A stretch of DNA of 61,936 bases, counting the filler, from Actinomycetota bacterium (lineage in GTDB: Bacteria; Actinomycetota; Actinomycetes; JAKEEW01): assembly GCA_046725875.1 (NCBI GenBank). It is 4 parts of 4 records of this genome, joined end to end, with 100 filler letters (N's around TTAATTAATTAA, not from the genome) between each part and the next. Parts side by side here need not be neighbours in the genome. Positions count along the whole stretch, not along the records: positions 55,001 to 61,936 come from JBKOZJ010000062.1; 3 more parts are not named here. One strand, 5' to 3'. Positions 58,925-61,936 of this stretch are shown piece after piece. Every line of letters begins with the position of its first letter. Within the stretch, counting starts at the first letter, position 1. The notes beneath the pieces are model-generated. The model ran no database searches. It was not told the DNA's origin and saw nothing but the letters and a program-made list of their open reading frames with translations. Position numbers and translations under genes: made by a program.

Positions 58925-61119
58925 TGCGCTTCGGGGCCGCGTACTACCCGGAATACCAGCCCTACGAGCGGCTGGATCGGGACATCGCGCTCATGCAGAA
59001 GGCGGGCTTCACCTGGGTGCGGGTCGGCGAGTCGACCTGGTCCAGCTGGGAGCCGGCAGACGGGCGGTTCGAGCTCGGCTGGATGGAGAAGGTGCTCGAC
59101 GCGCTCGACACGGCCGGCATCGGAGTCGTCCTCGGCACGCCGACCTATGCGATCCCGCCCTGGCTGTGGCGCAAGCATCCGGAGATCATGGCGGTCCGCA
59201 TCGGCGGGGAGCCAATCCCCTACGGAGGACGTCAGAACGTCGACTTCACCCACCCCGCCTACCGGTTCCACGCCGGGCGCGTCATTCGCGCGGTCATCGG
59301 GCACTTTGCCGACCACCCTGCCGTCATCGGGTACCAGGTCGACAACGAGACCGGCATCGAGCTCCTCCACAACCGCGGCGTCCTCGAGCTGTTCACCGAT
59401 CGGTTGCGAGAGGCGCACGGGTCGGTGGAGAGACTGAACGAGCTGTGGGGGCTCACCTACTGGTCGCACCGGCTGGAGACATGGCACGACCTTTGGCCGC
59501 CGGATGGGAACACCAGCCCCGGCTATGCGCTCGCGTGGCGTCGCTTCCAGGCCGACCTGGTCACCGAGTTCCTCGCTTGGCAGGCCCAGATCGTGAGGGA
59601 GTACGCCAGGCCCGATCAGTTCGTGACGACCTGCATCGCCGGCGGTCACGGCATGTCGGCGACGGACCGGGAGGCCATCGGTCGAGTCGTCGATGTCACC
59701 GCGGAGAATGTCTACTACCCCACGCAGGACGGGCTGAGGGTCGCGAGTGCAGAGGACGCGCAGATAAGCCCGGCGTGGAATGCTCCACCCCGGGCAGCCC
59801 TTAGCGCGCCGGAATGGATGGGCGACACCGACGGCGGGCCGTGGACCCTCTTCCTCTCCGCGGACCTCGCCAACAGCTCGACCCGGGATGGCTTCCTCGT
59901 CAGCGAGACGAACGCCGGCCCGATCGGCGGACCGCACACCAACTTCCCGCCATACGACGGCCAGCTGCGACTGGCGGCGTACTCGCTCATCGCCCGAGGC
60001 GCACGGGCGATCGAGTACTGGCACTGGCACACCCTTCACTACGGACACGAGATGTATTGGGGCGGCGTGCTCGGCCACGACCTCGAGCCAAGCCGGGTCT
60101 TCGCCGAGATTGCGCGGATCGGAGCGGAGCTCCAAGAACTTGGGACGACCCTCGCCGGTCTTGTGCCAGAGCATGATTCCGGGCTTCTCTACTCGGTCGA
60201 CAGCAAGTGGTCCTTCGAGTTCCAGCCACCGCTCGCGCTGCCCGGCTCGCGGGTGCCGGACGTGCGGTCGTACGAGCGGATCGTGAACGCCTTCTACCGG
60301 ATGCTCTTCGACGCCGGACTGGATGTGTCGATCAAGCATCCGGCCCAGCTGACAACCAGCCGCGACATGCCTCCGATCCTGGTAGTGCCTGCCCTGTATG
60401 TCGCGGCGGACGAGCTTCTCGCCAGGCTTACCGACTACGCCCGCAGCGGCGGGCACCTTGTCCTGACGTTCCGCAGCGGCTACGCGGACGAACACGGCCG
60501 AGCACGGTGGCAGCGGGCGCCGGGGCCGCTGCGGGAGGCGGTCGGCGCCAGCTACCAGGAGTTCTCCACTCTTACCGCTCCGGTTGCGGTCCTGGCTGCG
60601 CCCGGGGCCCGGTTGCAGGTGCCGCCGAGAGCGGCGGCGACGGCGTGGGCGGACGGCCTTGTTCTGGAGGACGCCGAACCGCTGCTCCAGTACGACCATC
60701 CGCACCTGGTGCGATTCCCCGCCGCGTGTACCCGGCCCCACGGTGCTGGTCGGGTCACGTACATCGGGATGCTCCCGGACCAAGCGCTCGCCCGGGCGCT
60801 CGGCGAGTGGATCGCCGGTGTATCCGGGCTGAACCTGAACGGGCCGAGCCACCCAGAGACAGTACGGGTGAGCAAGGCACGCACGGCCGCCGGCGACCGG
60901 CTGTGGTTCGTCGGCAACTGGTCATGGCACGAGGCGTCGATACCGGCTCCAGCCGATGTCCTCGACCTCCACTCCGGCACGGAGCTGCCTGCCGGTGGCC
61001 CGCTTGCGCTCGGTGCCTGGGACGTCCGCGTACTCAAGTGCCTCCCCGGGGAGGACCTCCAGACCCCCCGGGCGACGCAAGTCCTCAGGATGGGAGAACG
61101 GAATGAATACCATGGGTAG
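58924..61119 (+). CDS. GH42 beta-galactosidase
   Basis: FGAAYYPE, RVGE..WS..EP, GTPT...P.W, QVDNE acid/base and VSET nucleophile; TGATG coupling. Confidence 0.92.
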   Translation: MRFGAAYYPEYQPYERLDRDIALMQKAGFTWVRVGESTWSSWEPADGRFELGWMEKVLDALDTAGIGVVLGTPTYAIPPWLWRKHPEIMAVRIGGEPIPYGGRQNVDFTHPAYRFHAGRVIRAVIGHFADHPAVIGYQVDNETGIELLHNRGVLELFTDRLREAHGSVERLNELWGLTYWSHRLETWHDLWPPDGNTSPGYALAWRRFQADLVTEFLAWQAQIVREYARPDQFVTTCIAGGHGMSATDREAIGRVVDVTAENVYYPTQDGLRVASAEDAQISPAWNAPPRAALSAPEWMGDTDGGPWTLFLSADLANSSTRDGFLVSETNAGPIGGPHTNFPPYDGQLRLAAYSLIARGARAIEYWHWHTLHYGHEMYWGGVLGHDLEPSRVFAEIARIGAELQELGTTLAGLVPEHDSGLLYSVDSKWSFEFQPPLALPGSRVPDVRSYERIVNAFYRMLFDAGLDVSIKHPAQLTTSRDMPPILVVPALYVAADELLARLTDYARSGGHLVLTFRSGYADEHGRARWQRAPGPLREAVGASYQEFSTLTAPVAVLAAPGARLQVPPRAAATAWADGLVLEDAEPLLQYDHPHLVRFPAACTRPHGAGRVTYIGMLPDQALARALGEWIAGVSGLNLNGPSHPETVRVSKARTAAGDRLWFVGNWSWHEASIPAPADVLDLHSGTELPAGGPLALGAWDVRVLKCLPGEDLQTPRATQVLRMGERNEYHG

Positions 61120-61936
61120 CTTCGGCCGCCGGCGGCGCTGGCGGATTTCCCTCGGGATCGCCCTGGCGGCGACGTTGCCGCTCGCGGCGTGCGCTGGCGG
61201 TGATGACGACTCGGCGGAGCGCGCCGCGCCGGTCACCCTCACCTTGTGGTCGTGGGTCCCCGACTTGCAGCAGCAGGTCAACATGTTCGAAAAGGCCCAT
61301 TCAAATATCAAGGTCAAGCTGGTCAACGCCGGGCAGGGCGCGGACGAGTACACCAAGCTGCGGACGGCATTCACCGCCGGGTCGGGCGCGCCCGACGTCA
61401 CGCAGATGGAGTTCCAGTTCCTGCCGTCCTTCCGGATCACCGGCGACCTGATCGACATCTCGAAGTACGGCGCCAACGACATCAAGGAGGACTACGTCGA
61501 CTGGGCGTGGGCGCAAGTGTCCGACGGCGACGCCGTCTACGCCGTCCCATGGGACTCCGGACCGATGGGCTTGCTCTACCGCGAGGACCTATTCAAGAAG
61601 TACGGGATCGAGGTGCCGACGACCTGGGAGGAGTTCGCCGCCGCGGCCAGGAAACTGCACCAGGCGAACCCAAAGGTCTACTTGACCAACTTCCCGCCGA
61701 ACGAGGGCGGCGTCATCACCGCGCTTGCCTGGCAGGCGGGCTCGCGGCCCTTCCAGATCTCGGACGAGGAGACGGTCAGCGTGCATCTGGACGACCCGCC
61801 CGCACTGTCGGCGATGCAGTATTGGGATGGGCTCATCAAGGAAGGTGTGGTGAGCACCGATCCGGACTTCACCGACGAGTGGTACCGCGGCCTCAACGTG
61901 GGCAGGTACGCGGCCTGGGTCACCGCCGCCTGGGGG
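61103..61936 (+). CDS. Sugar ABC substrate-binding lipoprotein (runs off window)
   Basis: Not in ORF track. Lipobox LAAC, TLWSWVP, GAPDV, VPWDSGPMGLLYREDLF and PTTWEEF motifs. Confidence 0.92.
   Translation, partial: MNTMGSFGRRRRWRISLGIALAATLPLAACAGGDDDSAERAAPVTLTLWSWVPDLQQQVNMFEKAHSNIKVKLVNAGQGADEYTKLRTAFTAGSGAPDVTQMEFQFLPSFRITGDLIDISKYGANDIKEDYVDWAWAQVSDGDAVYAVPWDSGPMGLLYREDLFKKYGIEVPTTWEEFAAAARKLHQANPKVYLTNFPPNEGGVITALAWQAGSRPFQISDEETVSVHLDDPPALSAMQYWDGLIKEGVVSTDPDFTDEWYRGLNVGRYAAWVTAAWG

Noticed and set aside
58690..60852. Long antisense ORFs (also 46087-47907, 7724-8998, 35087-36730, 13634-14884)
   Set aside because: Shadow or alternate-frame ORFs expected in ~70% GC DNA, overlapping well-supported genes and lacking motifs.

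Overview
High-GC actinobacterial DNA (Streptomyces/Frankia/Streptosporangiales-like gene content). It consists of four pieces joined by artificial 100-nt spacers (N44-TTAATTAATTAA-N44 at 17693-17792, 42913-43012 and 54901-55000), so adjacency across spacers cannot be trusted. Piece 1 is a core-like region: histone-H1-like protein, MFS, PAS/GAF/PP2C/HATPase regulator, panB, F420-dependent LLM enzyme, DHA2 MFS + TetR, nadE, DUF1906-SH3 hydrolase, glnA2, class I GATase and a Liv-type binding protein. Piece 2 holds ligB, EamA, a PadR-ABC module, stress/accessory genes, a DUF559-like remnant, a complete csnREFGHK-like chito-oligosaccharide operon with operator, and a two-gene HTTM locus. Piece 3 is accessory (dodecin, RibD_C, ACT, BNR protein, second adk, MMPL, AKR, MerR fusion). 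Piece 4 is a LacI-controlled galactoside cluster. Top leads: (1) an apparently split, order-permuted vitamin-K-dependent-carboxylase-like pair with a Cys-less DCC-like tail; (2) a symmetric 211-bp REP/MITE-like element overlapping the nadE stop; (3) a pan-motif-like hairpin at the panB RBS; (4) in-frame insertions in GlnA2 and LigB; (5) a MerR fused to a Cys-rich membrane module. No rRNA, tRNA, CRISPR array or intact transposase was recognised. All family calls come from motif recognition by eye, not database searches.
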